From the NCBI GenBank assembly GCA_938084835.1, contig CALKER010000017.1, positions 88,949-152,948 on the forward strand: DNA of 64,000 nucleotides. Direction: 5' to 3'. Below, piece by piece: positions 21,785 through 33,040 of the stretch; positions within the stretch are counted from its first letter, which is position 1, and every line of letters starts with the position of its first letter. A program made the translations under genes and the position numbers. The notes beneath the pieces are model-generated. The model saw only the letters and a list, made by a program, of their open reading frames with translations. It was not told the origin of the DNA and did not search any database. Source of the DNA: an uncultured Thermoguttaceae bacterium. Its GTDB lineage: Bacteria > Planctomycetota > Planctomycetia > Pirellulales > Thermoguttaceae.

Positions 21785-22485
21785 TCCTCACGCTGATCCC
21801 GACGGATGAGTAGTTTCAGTTACTGGATTTACGCTGGGACGGATCTGTTGCGTTGAATGAGGCTTTACTTCTTGTGGCCTTAAAGCACCCGTCGTTGACC
21901 AAAGCGAGCTGACCGCCTTCCAGATTCTCATCTTTCCATACGTCGGTGTTCCTCAGGCTTGGAGGACTCTTAACTCTACTTTGTTAAAATCGCAAGACGC
22001 GAACAAAACCGCAGTTAATTTGCGATCATGGCGCGAAGCTCCTCTTAGGGTTTGTTACTTCTCATGGATGGTTGGAGCCTGTTCTCAAGAAGTGTTTTTG
22101 TCTGCGGTAAGGCCTTGAGCACAATTTCTTCAGAGAAAATACCACCAATGCGCATCGCCAACCCCGCGGCCCGGCCCGCGCCCAATCGGCAAACTACTAG
22201 CGGGGCAACTACTCTTTTGGTGAACCGCCCCGCGCTTCCTCCGCTCAATTTCCAACAGTCTCCGTGCAGGAAGCTCCAGCAGGTAGCTCCCTCTGGCCTA
22301 ACGCCTTAACCTAAAGGTTTTGTTTACTCGTTACCTTTGTTCGGGGCGCTGGTCTTTCCCCCGAACCGCTTATAATGCGATACAATGGAGCGAAACGCTG
22401 CGGAGTACCGGTCGGCTCCTTCTCCTGGCGGAGCTGGTCTTTAGCTACAGCCAATCTGAAGCCAAAAGCAGGAGAGAATACTCCA

Positions 22486-23486
22486 TGGGCGAGGAAAAAC
22501 CTCTGCTTTCCGTGGTTATCCCTTGCTATAACGAAGAAGCCACGCTGGATGTGTTGTACCAAAGGCTTACCGAAGCAGCCCAGTCTTGGGGCTTACCGTA
22601 CGAGGTGATTGTAGTGGACGATGGGTCGGTTGATGGTACTTGGGCCAAGCTTATCCGAATCCACGAAAGGGATTCGCGATGGCGGGCCATCCGGTTCTCC
22701 CGAAATTTTGGACACCAAACTGCTATCTCTGCAGGAATGGTGGAGGCTAAGGGCGATGCCGTGGTCATCCTGGATGCAGACCTTCAGGACCCCCCAGAAG
22801 TGATCTCGGAGTTTCTCGCAAGGTGGCGGGAAGGCTATCACGTTGTTTACGGTGTGCGGCGTCGGCGGAAAGAGGGCCTTCTCAAACGCGTGGCATACTA
22901 CGTTTTTTATCGTTTCCTTCGCGCCGTGGCAGCTACTCCCATACCTGTTGACACCGGTGACTTTTGTCTCATGGACCGAAAGGTGGTCGATATCTTAAAT
23001 CGCATGCCTGAACGGAACCGTTTTGTCCGAGGTCTACGTGCGTGGACGGGTTTCTCGCAGATTGGCGTGGAATACGAACGGCAGGCACGTGCGGCCGGCC
23101 AACCCCAATACACGTTCCGCAAATTGGTTCAGCTCGCAATCGACGGCATTTTTTCCTTCTCAATTTGGCCACTCCGACTTGCCACGCGGCTCGGACTCCT
23201 GGTGTCCACAGTTGCCTTCTTCGGGGTTGTATTTACACTTTTGCAACGTATTTATGCAGATTGGTTCGACAAGTACTTGGGGCTGCGCCCGGTACCGGGC
23301 TTTGCAACGACTGTGATTGCGATCCTGTTCCTGGGCGGCGTACAACTCATTTGCCTGGGAATTATTGGAGAATATATCGGTCGCATTTACGAGGAGGTTA
23401 AAGGTCGGCCGCCGTGGATTATCGCCGAAAGGTTGGACAGGCCCTCTGCGAAAGCCAACACCTCCGCAAGTCCGGGATTGATCTAA
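22486..23486 (+). CDS. Family 2 glycosyltransferase, polyprenyl-phosphate sugar transferase (GtrB/ArnC/DPM1-like) with two C-terminal TM helices
   Basis: GT2 motifs LSVVIPCYNEE and VVDDGSVDGT, the DAD motif (ILDADLQDPPE), and two C-terminal TM helices as in GtrB-type bactoprenol glycosyltransferases. The start is set at MGEEKP; the ORF-track extension upstream lacks homology. Confidence 0.85.
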
Positions 23487-23529
23487 TTTAACCGCGGCTA
23501 GGCCCAGGGTACGTGGTGCGATCCAGGTC

Positions 23530-24447
23530 TCACACTAACCGCTCGGCTGACCGAAGCTTCGCGCTTCGAGCACGCGGGTTGGCTGCGATCTCCTCAGGTT
23601 TTGCCGTCACAGGATGAGGCGTCAAAGCTCGGAGCCGAGAATCACTTCGAAATGCATCCTTCACCAAACGATCTTCCAAAGAGTGGTAACTGAGAACAAC
23701 AAAACGTCCTCCCGGGCGAAGAACCTCCGGGATTCGCCGCAAGGCAATCTCAAGCCACTTAAGTTCTTCGTTCACCGCAATTCGGAGCGCTTGAAAAGCT
23801 TTTGTGGCAGGATCCAGATGGCCCTTCCGCCGTCCAATTGTCCGCCGAATGATCTCCGCCAACTCCACGGCCGAGCGAATGGGGCGACGTTGGCGCGCGG
23901 CCACAATGGCCCGGGCAATCCGTCGACTGTGCGTCTCCTCACCATAACGATAGAACAGGTCTGCCAACCGAGCTTCCGATAGGCGATTCACTAAACGATA
24001 TGCTGGCTCCCCACTAGCCGGATCAAACCGCATGTCAAGCGGACCCGGTGCATCAAAGCTAAAACCACGTGACGGATCGGCTAATTGATCGGAACAGACC
24101 CCCAAGTCCAAAAGCACCCCGTCAACCACCGAAAGATCGAGCTGATTTAAGATTTCTGACAAATCCGCATAGTTGCCCTGAACCAGAATGTGGGGAAAAC
24201 CTGTCAGCGCGACCTTGCTACGGGCAAGTGCCTCCGGATCCCGATCGATGCCCACTAGCAATCCCTCAGGGCCGAGGGTGGCAGCAATAGCCCGGGCGTG
24301 TCCACCACCCCCTACTGTCCCGTCCACCACGACGCTTCCCGGCTGCGGAGAAAGCCAGTGCAACACTTCTCCGACCATCACAGGGTGGTGTCTGCTGACG
24401 ACTTTGTCGATTCCAAAGCTTTCCTTGTGGAGCTCCATGTTCGTCAT
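23530..24447 (-). CDS. rsmH: 16S rRNA (cytosine1402-N4)-methyltransferase RsmH (MraW)
   Basis: HHPVMVGEVL near the N-terminus, SAM-binding DGTVGGGGHARAI and DLGVCSDQL motifs typical of RsmH. Confidence 0.88.
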   Translation of the reverse strand: MTNMELHKESFGIDKVVSRHHPVMVGEVLHWLSPQPGSVVVDGTVGGGGHARAIAATLGPEGLLVGIDRDPEALARSKVALTGFPHILVQGNYADLSEILNQLDLSVVDGVLLDLGVCSDQLADPSRGFSFDAPGPLDMRFDPASGEPAYRLVNRLSEARLADLFYRYGEETHSRRIARAIVAARQRRPIRSAVELAEIIRRTIGRRKGHLDPATKAFQALRIAVNEELKWLEIALRRIPEVLRPGGRFVVLSYHSLEDRLVKDAFRSDSRLRALTPHPVTAKPEEIAANPRARSAKLRSAERLV

Positions 24448-25888
24448 TCATCAGGCCTAGGACCGCCAGGATCTAAGCCGAGCTACGCGAAGTTGATGCG
24501 ACTAATTTTAGACAACTTTCCGCACGGAAAGGCGACTGATGCAACAACCGCACAAAGTAAAATACCCTCGGGACTGATTCGAGCCCGAGGGCATTCAGAC
24601 ACGGATTGGCTCCCGCAGTAATCTCCTACTGAGGGAACCCGGTTTTTCGAAGCCGAGGGTCCTCCATGAACCCTTCGGCCCGTGAGACCCGGCCCCAGCC
24701 CAATGGGACGCCGTACGAAGCGCCAGTCGGTGGCCGGGACTGGCGCTTCGGCCTCACGCTTTAATGGCGACCAAATACACGAATATCCGCCAGCTTCGCC
24801 GGGCAGGCATAAGCTCTTTTCGCCCCCAGCCATTCACCTGATTCCACTTGCATTGGCCTGAATCCCAGGCCAAACCAACCCTTTAACATGTCCCGGCGAA
24901 GTCAATTGTCAGTATGTTCGAAGGCCATTCCCAAGTTTTGTCAAACTACACTCAGCACAATTCTCCTCCCTCGGTCATGCCCGGCATCAAGTCTGCCTCC
25001 CACCTGCCAAAGCTAAAACGTCAACCCATCCGTCCTGAAGGGGAGTCGAACCACGAGGCCTCGACCTTCGCCCCGTCTTCTGGCAAGCCTCCCAGTGAAC
25101 CTTCCACAAGGGTTAACCATCCGCAACGAAGTTATTTGCAAAGCCGGAAACTTTGCTCCGGCCCATGAGTTGATAGGCACCCGGGTTAAAGCCAGTTGTC
25201 ACGAATTTCCGAAACCGGAACCAGCTTGTTCGTAGCCAAATACAGTTTAACCGAGGGAACCAGACGAAGCACGGGGATTCCGAATTAAATCTTTCGTCAA
25301 CCAAAACGTGTCTCGTCTCCATACATAACTATCTAGATGGTAATAGTGATAAACTTAATCCCAGACGTCATCCTCGGGAAACGAGAGAGTTGAATCAGGA
25401 TTTTCAAACACCACAGTTACTGCCCGAATTTTGTCTTGGGGGGTATTAGCACCCCACCATCGCTCCTTTCCCAAGCGAGTACTTTGTCAATATGGGTAAC
25501 ATGGGGAGAATAAATCACATCTGATGGCCTTTTTGACTCTTGGCGTAAAGTGACTACTTACACAATTCGGAACGGGTTTGCCGTCGTGCCCACGTGTCGC
25601 TGCTTGGTTCCGCTGTTCAGTATATTTGGACAATAGAATATCGGACATCCCGGAACGGCTGGACGGAAATCCTTACGAGTCACGCCCAGTTTGCCCGCGG
25701 AGATCGCAGAAAGGGATCAATGGCCTCGCTCGGCCTAGTCGCGCTTCCCCCTTAGAGTCCTCGGTCTTAAACTGAGATCCAAAATTCTTGGGTACTAAAT
25801 CCGTTTGGTAAGTTTCCTAAAGAAGGCGAGCTTTCTCGGGGTTCCCCTCCAAAAATCGTGCAAAATGGTCACAAAAAGGTGAGAACAG

Positions 25889-26833
25889 ATGAGACAACTG
25901 AAACGGCATGCGGTGGGCTTAACTTTGGTCATTCTTCTGAATTTTTTGTGGGAAGCGCACGCGCATAGTACTGCTGGAGATCAGGTGGCCTCTAAAGCGG
26001 CTGGAGGGTCTCGCCGTTGGTCCGTCGATGACTTTCTACGCCTAAGGCGTGACAGCTCACGGACTCCTGTCGCCCTTGAAACATCGATAGTCCGGTTCGA
26101 AGGAGTTCCGGGCCCAAAATCAGGACTGGTAGATTTCAGAAATCCAGTTACGGTGGATCTTGTAGCAGCAGTACATATAGCCGATCCGGCATACTACAGG
26201 ACTCTGAACAATCATTTAGAACGGTACAATGCCGTGATGTATGAGTTGGTGGCTTCACCCGATGCTCGGTTTGCTCCCGGGGAGGCACCTTGGGATTCTA
26301 GCTTGCTTGGTCTGGGTCAACGGATTTCCGCTAGTGTGCTCGGGCTTCAGTTTCAATTGGATGGGATTAATTACAAGGCGACGAACTTTGTCCATGCAGA
26401 TATGACTCCGGAGCAGTTCAAACAGAGCATCGCAGAACGGGGCGAAAGTGCTTGGCAAATCCTTCTGCGTTTAGTTAGCGAGGCGATGAAATCCGATAAG
26501 CCCCTGGAGGCTGGCCTGGACGAGCTCTGGCACGCGCTTCAGCAACGAGGCAGAGCTGGGCAAATCGCTCTGCGCCGTTGGGCAGCAAAACAATTTACTG
26601 ACGTGGAGTTGGCGATTCGCGCCGTGGAAGGCCCACACGGTTCTACTCTTCTCAGCGAGCGGAACAAGGTGGCATTGCAGGTCCTTCGACAGCAACTGCA
26701 GAAAGGGAAACGGAATGTGGCCATCTTCTATGGCGCCGCCCACATGCCGGATTTTGCTACCAGACTTCAAGAAGAATGGGACCTCCGCGCAAAAGCACAG
26801 CATTGGCTTGTAGCGTGGGATCTTTCGGATTGA
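25889..26833 (+). CDS. TraB/GumN/Tiki-family protein (secreted), putative
   Basis: 314 aa with a signal peptide. AAVHIADPAYY near the N-terminus and FYGAAHM near the C-terminus resemble the paired GxxH / GAGH motifs of the TraB/GumN family. The assignment is inference. Confidence 0.45.
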   Translation: MRQLKRHAVGLTLVILLNFLWEAHAHSTAGDQVASKAAGGSRRWSVDDFLRLRRDSSRTPVALETSIVRFEGVPGPKSGLVDFRNPVTVDLVAAVHIADPAYYRTLNNHLERYNAVMYELVASPDARFAPGEAPWDSSLLGLGQRISASVLGLQFQLDGINYKATNFVHADMTPEQFKQSIAERGESAWQILLRLVSEAMKSDKPLEAGLDELWHALQQRGRAGQIALRRWAAKQFTDVELAIRAVEGPHGSTLLSERNKVALQVLRQQLQKGKRNVAIFYGAAHMPDFATRLQEEWDLRAKAQHWLVAWDLSD

Positions 26834-27080
26834 AAAGGGGGGGTAGGCCTTCCCCGGCGCATTTCAATCCGATTAACTCGTATCTCGCGCCGAGGAAGCC
26901 AAAGCCACCGTGGGAAAGGATTCGCACACAAAGCGGTAGTGATAAGCGAAAAAGTATCCCGACCCACAAGGGTGTGGTGACGGGTAACCCTGGCAACTTC
27001 TTCCCACTCAACCAGGCGATTCCCCGAGGGCCGAGGATAGTCACTACGTGCACAACGTCGCTATCGAAACACGAGCCTCC

Positions 27081-29378
27081 TCAGGGACGAGGCGAAGCTT
27101 TCTCTGCGTCCCCATAAAAACGATTTGCCACAACTAACTCGGCGAGGAAGAACAAGGCGGCAGCAATCAGGAAATAGCCAGATAACTCCCTCCCGGAGGC
27201 ACGCCACTCCTTCGCAACCGAAAGCTCATCGAGCGAGGGAACCACCTCGACCCGCTCGGAGGACAAAGCAGCCCGCACCTCCTTTCCACAGTGGCGCAAA
27301 TCTGTGTCAGCCTGGCGAATATTTACACTGAACCCATAAAAATCCCGAGCACCATCGGAAGTGAATTCCAATCGATAATTGCCGACTAGGTGTGTGCCTG
27401 GAATCTCCACTACTCGCCCTTTATGCTCCAGCAAGACGAATTCTCCCGCGGGGACACCTGCCACGGTAATTAGCCGGGGAGTTCCAACTGGATCCTTAGG
27501 AAGCCTCCCGATCAGTCGGGGGCTACTCCATAATTGAAGTTGAAGCAGTTCTTTTTGACTTAAATACAAAAACAGTTGCTGGACCACGGCAAGTAAAGGC
27601 CAGCATTCTCCCGCGGTAAACCAATTCCAGCTCCCCTCTCGGGGCGGATCCGAAAATGGGGTAGTGAAAAGAAGCACGCGGCCCTGTCCTATGTTTTTTT
27701 CCACTAAGGCCGGCTGTCCATCGGAAAAGCTTATCACGGTGTAAACGTCCGAGCCAAATTGACTTAGTTGCCAATACCGAAACACAGGAGCCAAATCCCA
27801 GGGAAGGTTTCCAGCATAAGGTTCCAGGGATTGGAGAATCGGATGCTGAAAACTTTCCGGTCGCAATACGATTCCGTCCGGGGCGCGGGCCTGCCTCAGC
27901 GGGGTTGCCGGCAAAAGTTTTGTGACCACATCGCCCTGCCAGCTGCGGGGGTCTTCGGCTTGAGCGCCAAGCAAGATTAGTAGTCCCCCTCCTTGCAGCA
28001 CATACTCGTAAAGCCTTTGTGCTGCGGCTTCCTCGATTGGTTGGGGATCCACTAAGGCGACCACGGAAAAGCCAGAAAAATCGACTGTGGCCAGTTGCGA
28101 CTGCCCCACTATTTCGCAGCGGAAGCGGCCGAGACCAAACTTGGTCAACTCCTCAGGCTCAAGCATCAGCCGAATGTACAGGGTTCGCTCTTCTACCTCG
28201 TTGGGTGCCACCAGCAGCACCGGCTCCGCCGGCCGGACCATGACCGTAAAATACCGGCGATTATCCCATTCCAAGGGATCGGGATGGGCAAGCGCCACAC
28301 AACCCTGGTAGAAGCCCATCCGCTGAACCGGAAACCCAAATTGAATTTCTGCTTTGCTTCCGGCATCAAGCGATACTGTCTGCATCCCGCGTTTCTCTCC
28401 GCAGGCCTGCGCTAATGTATCGCCCCGAGTGCGCACCGTCTGTGGCGAAAAAGCTTCCTCTTCCATCCGCGCCCCATGGTACCGTAAATAAAGCTCGACG
28501 GTAAAACTGCCGGAGATACTGCCGGCCAAAAGGGTGCGTACATAAACCGTATCGCCGGGGGCCGCAATTTCCGGCAAAACTTGAAGATCGCCAAACTGGA
28601 GGTTTGCGGACTCCTCGGCGCCTACGTCAACAATCGAGAGTCGAATCCCCGGATGAGTGGAAAGCACCTGCCGAAGTGCCGCTATGGTTTCGGAAGGCCA
28701 ACCGGGAGTGGTCAAATCGGAAACAACGGTCACTTCTCCAACTCCTTCCCCATCGGACACCAGGAGCTCGCAACCCCGAAGTGCCGCGGCAGCCACCGGA
28801 AGCGCTCCCGAAACCGCGCGAATACGCCGCAATTTGGCAATCGCTCCGGCGCGATCTGCCTCGAAGCCGATCGGCCCACCTTGACAATCAACCACTGCGA
28901 TGGAGCAACCCAAGGGCAACCGAGAAATAAACCTTTCAGCAATCTCCTTGGCCCGCTCCAGTCGGCTGGATCTTCCGTCGACGTAATCCATACGAACTGA
29001 GTTGTCCACGATCAAAACTAGCCGGCGAGGAGCTGAGGTCGAGGGCGTCGGCCCACCTGGCCCCACGATAGGCCGCGCCAACCCAAGCGTCAACGCCAAG
29101 AGAGCAAAAACCCGCAGCACCAGAAGAAGAAGCTCGCGGAGGCGAAGTTTTCGCTGAACCTGTTGATGACCTTCACGAATAAACTGAACGGCGGGGAAAA
29201 CAATTCGTTGCGGGCGGCGCCGCCACATATGAAGAATGATTGGGGCAAGCGCCGCTCCTCCCGCCACCAACATCCACGGGTTCACAAAAAACATAAGCTT
29301 CTTGCTCTCGCCGTCCTTTCCTTGCTGTCTAAGGCGTAAGGGCGGATCTCTCCCTAAATAACGTTCCGCTTCCCCCAA
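27081..29378 (-). CDS. BatA-like vWA-domain membrane protein with N-terminal double-transmembrane anchor
   Basis: MFFVNPWMLVAGGAALAPIILHMWRRRPQ matches the N-terminal double-TM (two_anch) signature. A vWA domain follows (LVLIVDNSVRMDYVDG...), then a large C-terminal region and a C-terminal TM helix. The likely true start is the internal MFFVNPW at about 29297. Confidence 0.7.
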   Translation of the reverse strand: MGEAERYLGRDPPLRLRQQGKDGESKKLMFFVNPWMLVAGGAALAPIILHMWRRRPQRIVFPAVQFIREGHQQVQRKLRLRELLLLVLRVFALLALTLGLARPIVGPGGPTPSTSAPRRLVLIVDNSVRMDYVDGRSSRLERAKEIAERFISRLPLGCSIAVVDCQGGPIGFEADRAGAIAKLRRIRAVSGALPVAAAALRGCELLVSDGEGVGEVTVVSDLTTPGWPSETIAALRQVLSTHPGIRLSIVDVGAEESANLQFGDLQVLPEIAAPGDTVYVRTLLAGSISGSFTVELYLRYHGARMEEEAFSPQTVRTRGDTLAQACGEKRGMQTVSLDAGSKAEIQFGFPVQRMGFYQGCVALAHPDPLEWDNRRYFTVMVRPAEPVLLVAPNEVEERTLYIRLMLEPEELTKFGLGRFRCEIVGQSQLATVDFSGFSVVALVDPQPIEEAAAQRLYEYVLQGGGLLILLGAQAEDPRSWQGDVVTKLLPATPLRQARAPDGIVLRPESFQHPILQSLEPYAGNLPWDLAPVFRYWQLSQFGSDVYTVISFSDGQPALVEKNIGQGRVLLFTTPFSDPPREGSWNWFTAGECWPLLAVVQQLFLYLSQKELLQLQLWSSPRLIGRLPKDPVGTPRLITVAGVPAGEFVLLEHKGRVVEIPGTHLVGNYRLEFTSDGARDFYGFSVNIRQADTDLRHCGKEVRAALSSERVEVVPSLDELSVAKEWRASGRELSGYFLIAAALFFLAELVVANRFYGDAEKASPRP

Positions 29379-29764
29379 AAGGAGGATCCCGACAAGAACC
29401 AGCTTAGATCAAAAGTTCCAAACCAAAACTGTCTGTGGCTGCGCGTTGCAAGCCCCCGCGTAAACACTGCAGAGCTACGCAACCGGTAATCATCGCCAAC
29501 CCTTACGTTGCGACATTTGCGTCCTGTAGGTTAACATGTTGGAAGACCCGTACGCATTCGCCGCAGCGGTCCCCCGGCAAAGCGACTCTACACCTTGCCA
29601 GGTGCTGCACAAGGAGGCGTAGCATCCTATCCAGCCAGAGAGGCAGCCGGGGACACCTCCCGGGCAACCTTGCGCCATTGAGCGATGTTCCACCAGCGAT
29701 AAAGACCCTTGTGGAGCACCTGCACAGACCGGGTACCCCACCGTGAATGAGACCAGCCGGCCTT

Positions 29765-30916
29765 TTAGGGAACTTCCTGATATCGGACAAATTTTTGCAC
29801 CCGCTTGCCCACAATATCTCCTAGGTAAACATTTCCTTTCGAATCAAGAGCGATCGCATGAACCCAGTTGACTTCACCCGGTTTTTCTTGTCCGTCCTCC
29901 CCCTTCGGAATCATCCAAAGCTGCAACATTCGTCCAGTGGTATCAAAGCGCGCTATTAGTTGATCCTTGGGCGGACAGCTTAACACCTCATCAGTTTCAC
30001 GCCAAATCATCGGAGAGCAACCGCAAACCCATAGCTCATCCTCCTTTGTCATCCACAATCCCCAGGGCACCACCAAATTGCGCCATTCGGCCAGGAAGTT
30101 TCCCCGAGCATCGAAAACTTGAATCCTCGCGTTGTTTCTGTCTGCCACATAAATTCTTCCCTTCGAATCCACGGCGATAGCATGCACCAAGTTGAATTGC
30201 CCTGGCCGAACACCAATTTCGCCCCATTGTCGAACAAACTGACCCGTAGGGCTAAAGTGTGCCACCCGCGCATTGCCGTAGCCGTCCGCAACGAAGACAT
30301 CGCCCGCAGGCGAGATCGCCACATCGGTCGGCATGTTGAAATGCCTCTCATCGCAGCCGGGTTCGCCCGGGGTACCTAAAATCTGGAGAATTTTTCCCTC
30401 CATAGAAAGTTTCCACACCACCTGATTACCCAGATCAACCAGCCAAACGTTGTTTTCGTGATCAATCCGCAACCCATGTGCTACCTTACTCTCAAGAAGC
30501 TTCCCGAATACCTCCTGGCCCCAAGCGAACAGAAACTCGCCATTAGCGGAAAACACTTGAACAGGCGGATTGGTCCGAGTGTAAATCCACACTCGATCCT
30601 GGTTGTCTACGGCAACCCCAGGACAATCGGACCAGGAGAGGTTTTCTGGTTTTCGTGGCCAACTCGGGTCCACCTCGTACCAGATGGACAAGTTCACACG
30701 CGGATACTTCCCCACCGGCGCGCTAACCGCCGAGGGTGCGGGCTGCGTTTGCGCCCATGCGTAAAATCGTTCTTCCGCTCCTAAAAGTGCCACCGCTCCC
30801 AAGGCCATCAACGCCCTTACCAAAGAAAAGATGCCTTTTTCGTAGGCCAATCCTGCCTTGAAAGCACCGGAGCGCACCGACTGAGCCACGATTGTCAGGT
30901 TAATTCTGGTCAGCAC
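29765..30916 (-). CDS. NHL-repeat six-bladed beta-propeller protein (secreted)
   Basis: 383 aa with a signal peptide and repeated NHL-like blades (VAVDNQDRVWIYTR, LVDLGNQVVWKLS, DVFVADGYGNARVAHF, YVADRNNARIQVFD, YLGDIVGKRVQKF). Confidence 0.75.
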   Translation of the reverse strand: MLTRINLTIVAQSVRSGAFKAGLAYEKGIFSLVRALMALGAVALLGAEERFYAWAQTQPAPSAVSAPVGKYPRVNLSIWYEVDPSWPRKPENLSWSDCPGVAVDNQDRVWIYTRTNPPVQVFSANGEFLFAWGQEVFGKLLESKVAHGLRIDHENNVWLVDLGNQVVWKLSMEGKILQILGTPGEPGCDERHFNMPTDVAISPAGDVFVADGYGNARVAHFSPTGQFVRQWGEIGVRPGQFNLVHAIAVDSKGRIYVADRNNARIQVFDARGNFLAEWRNLVVPWGLWMTKEDELWVCGCSPMIWRETDEVLSCPPKDQLIARFDTTGRMLQLWMIPKGEDGQEKPGEVNWVHAIALDSKGNVYLGDIVGKRVQKFVRYQEVP

Positions 30917-31288
30917 AATTTCCTCCCTTTCGCACGAAATGACTCTTCACTTATTGAACTAAAAACCTCTTAGCCTGATTGTTTTCGACCGTCCTTGCCC
31001 AAGGATTACCTCACAGCCATTGTGTCGAATACCCCAGGAAGCAATTTGAGGTTTTGGCCAATCCCACATGTCGACCTCACCCGTGCTGTCCCGATACCGT
31101 GTGATTTCAGACGGCCAAAGTGAGTTTGTTCTTAGCTTTCGTCTTATGTGTCAACGACTTGAAGCCGCCTTCATCTACAGTAACGCAGCGACGGAGAAAC
31201 GGTCTTTGGTTTTCTTGGGCATCCTCCAAATATCTCGCACACCGTGTTGCCAAGTCTACGACAGATGCGCCTCTACGTTCCCACAACT

Positions 31289-32803
31289 TCAAAAAGCATC
31301 GGCACCAGTTAGTTGTTGCTCCACATGATCGGCCTGCCATGCCAAAGCTGGCAACACGCGGGCCACGTCTTGTGGCGAGAGGGTGTCCGCCAAGAGATTA
31401 GCCTGAAGCACCACCATTGGCGGCCCGGTTCCTTCGTGAACGGCAAAGGCCCCATAGGCAAGCCGAGCATTATACCGCAGATATGTGAGCATGTGTTTGG
31501 CTTGAAGCGGTCCGCAAACTGAATAAAACGCCACCATCCGATCAACCTGCTTGTTGGGAGGCTGTAGCCGAACGTGGACCACCTGTTTGCGTAGCGCGCC
31601 CACCGGGACAACAATCTCCATGCTTCCCTCGCGGTCGGTGACTGAATATCCAGCATTCTCTGCCACTTCCCGAACAAGAGCAAGCGGGTCCGTTTCTTCT
31701 CCCTGTTGCGTCTCTGCGAGGCTGATGGGCACAACTCCCGGAACCGGGCCGGCGCTGCCAGCCTGTCCGCTCCCTGCCGTCCCGGGTGGAGCTCCCCCGC
31801 TGGCAGATGGGCCGACGGAACTCGAAATTCCTCCGGACCCTTCCGACGGGCCACCTTTGGCTACCTGTGTTTGCGTCAAGGCTTGCTGGACCATTGCAGG
31901 GATCATTACGCCAAGACCGGCCCCCATACCCATGACCATGGCATGGCCCCCAGTTCCCGACACCTCGGCCAGTTTGGGAATGGTCTGTGCCATCTGGTAA
32001 CGTGTGTACGAAGCCAAATCTCCTACGGCGGCCATCGCGCCGCGGGCATCGATCGCCCGTTGTACCTCCTCAGGCGGAGTAATCGCGTTAATGAATAGGT
32101 CAACCAATTCCAATCCATATTTCCCAAATTCCTCGGCAACCCTCGCCCGCGTGGCCGATGCTATCAGCTCGTATTGCCCCGGCAGGTCAAGAAGCCTCGC
32201 GCGAAACGCCCCAAGCACATCGGCCAAACGAGCTACAATCAAATCCCGCAAAAATGCTGTGACCTCTTCCGTAGTGTATTTCCCCTGAGTACCCACCAGC
32301 GTGTTGACAAGAAGCAGGGCATCCGTTACCCGGAAAGAATACTTCCCAAAGCTGCGCAAACGAACCACGCCAAATTCCGCATCTCGGAAGGCAATTGGCT
32401 GTTTTGTCCCCCATTTTTGGTCAATAAAGGTCTGCTTGCCCACAAAGTACACAACACATTGGAAAGGCGATCGCTCCCACGGGATCGTAAGCAATCGCGT
32501 AATTAAAGGGAGGTTTTGGGTCGTCAGGGTATAACGCCCTGGACCGAATCGGTCCATGGCCTTGCCATCTCGGAAGAATACCGCTTCCTGATTCTGCTGG
32601 ACAATCAGCTGCGCCCCCAGCTTAATGTCGGCGGATCCCTCCGGCGGTATCCGCTGTACCAAAGACCGACCTGACTCGTCGAAAAATTGGATCACTTCAA
32701 GACGCACACCCACGGCCTTTCTCCCTTGGTTGAATGGGTCCTCAGGCTGGCTCACCTTCCGCGGCAGATCTCTTTCCCATCTCTTACCCCCGCGCAGACA
32801 CAA
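31289..32803 (-). CDS. SPFH/band-7 protein of the COG4260 (virion-core-protein-like) subfamily fused to a C-terminal YbjN-like domain
   Basis: The N-terminal region [43 protein letters not shown] matches COG4260 SPFH proteins. A G/S/P/A-rich linker is followed by a roughly 120-aa alpha/beta domain resembling YbjN (PF10722-like); the YbjN assignment is inference. The start may be a non-ATG codon internal to the listed ORF. Confidence 0.65.
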   Translation of the reverse strand: MCLRGGKRWERDLPRKVSQPEDPFNQGRKAVGVRLEVIQFFDESGRSLVQRIPPEGSADIKLGAQLIVQQNQEAVFFRDGKAMDRFGPGRYTLTTQNLPLITRLLTIPWERSPFQCVVYFVGKQTFIDQKWGTKQPIAFRDAEFGVVRLRSFGKYSFRVTDALLLVNTLVGTQGKYTTEEVTAFLRDLIVARLADVLGAFRARLLDLPGQYELIASATRARVAEEFGKYGLELVDLFINAITPPEEVQRAIDARGAMAAVGDLASYTRYQMAQTIPKLAEVSGTGGHAMVMGMGAGLGVMIPAMVQQALTQTQVAKGGPSEGSGGISSSVGPSASGGAPPGTAGSGQAGSAGPVPGVVPISLAETQQGEETDPLALVREVAENAGYSVTDREGSMEIVVPVGALRKQVVHVRLQPPNKQVDRMVAFYSVCGPLQAKHMLTYLRYNARLAYGAFAVHEGTGPPMVVLQANLLADTLSPQDVARVLPALAWQADHVEQQLTGADAF

Positions 32804-33040
32804 AGTAAACCTGCCAGCCCGGAACCTTTCTGCAGAATTTTTGAGTTCATTCGGGTGGACCGTTAACAGTCACCGCATCAACGCAGTCTTCAAAGGTCTG
32901 CTAGTGTTCCCTAATTCCAGTGTGAGGCTCTCTCCAAGCTGCTAACCAGTTGCCCACCACTGCTTCGCACTTCCTATTAGTTGGCCTCCTTGCAAGGAGA
33001 AATCAAACGATTTTCACCGGTCCCGAGCCTTGCCGCGAGG

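Noticed and set aside
24558-24584. Perfect hairpin CCCTCGGG-N11-CCCGAGGG considered as an intrinsic terminator
   Set aside because: It has no flanking U-run on either strand and lies upstream (5') of rsmH rather than downstream of a gene. It is kept only as a structural observation.
25031-25110. Possible minus-strand tRNA suggested by GAGTCGAACC, the reverse complement of a T-loop-like GGTTCGACTC
   Set aside because: The T-stem pairs only 3 of 5 positions, and I could not build an acceptor stem or D-arm from the flanking sequence by hand. It should still be run through tRNAscan-SE.
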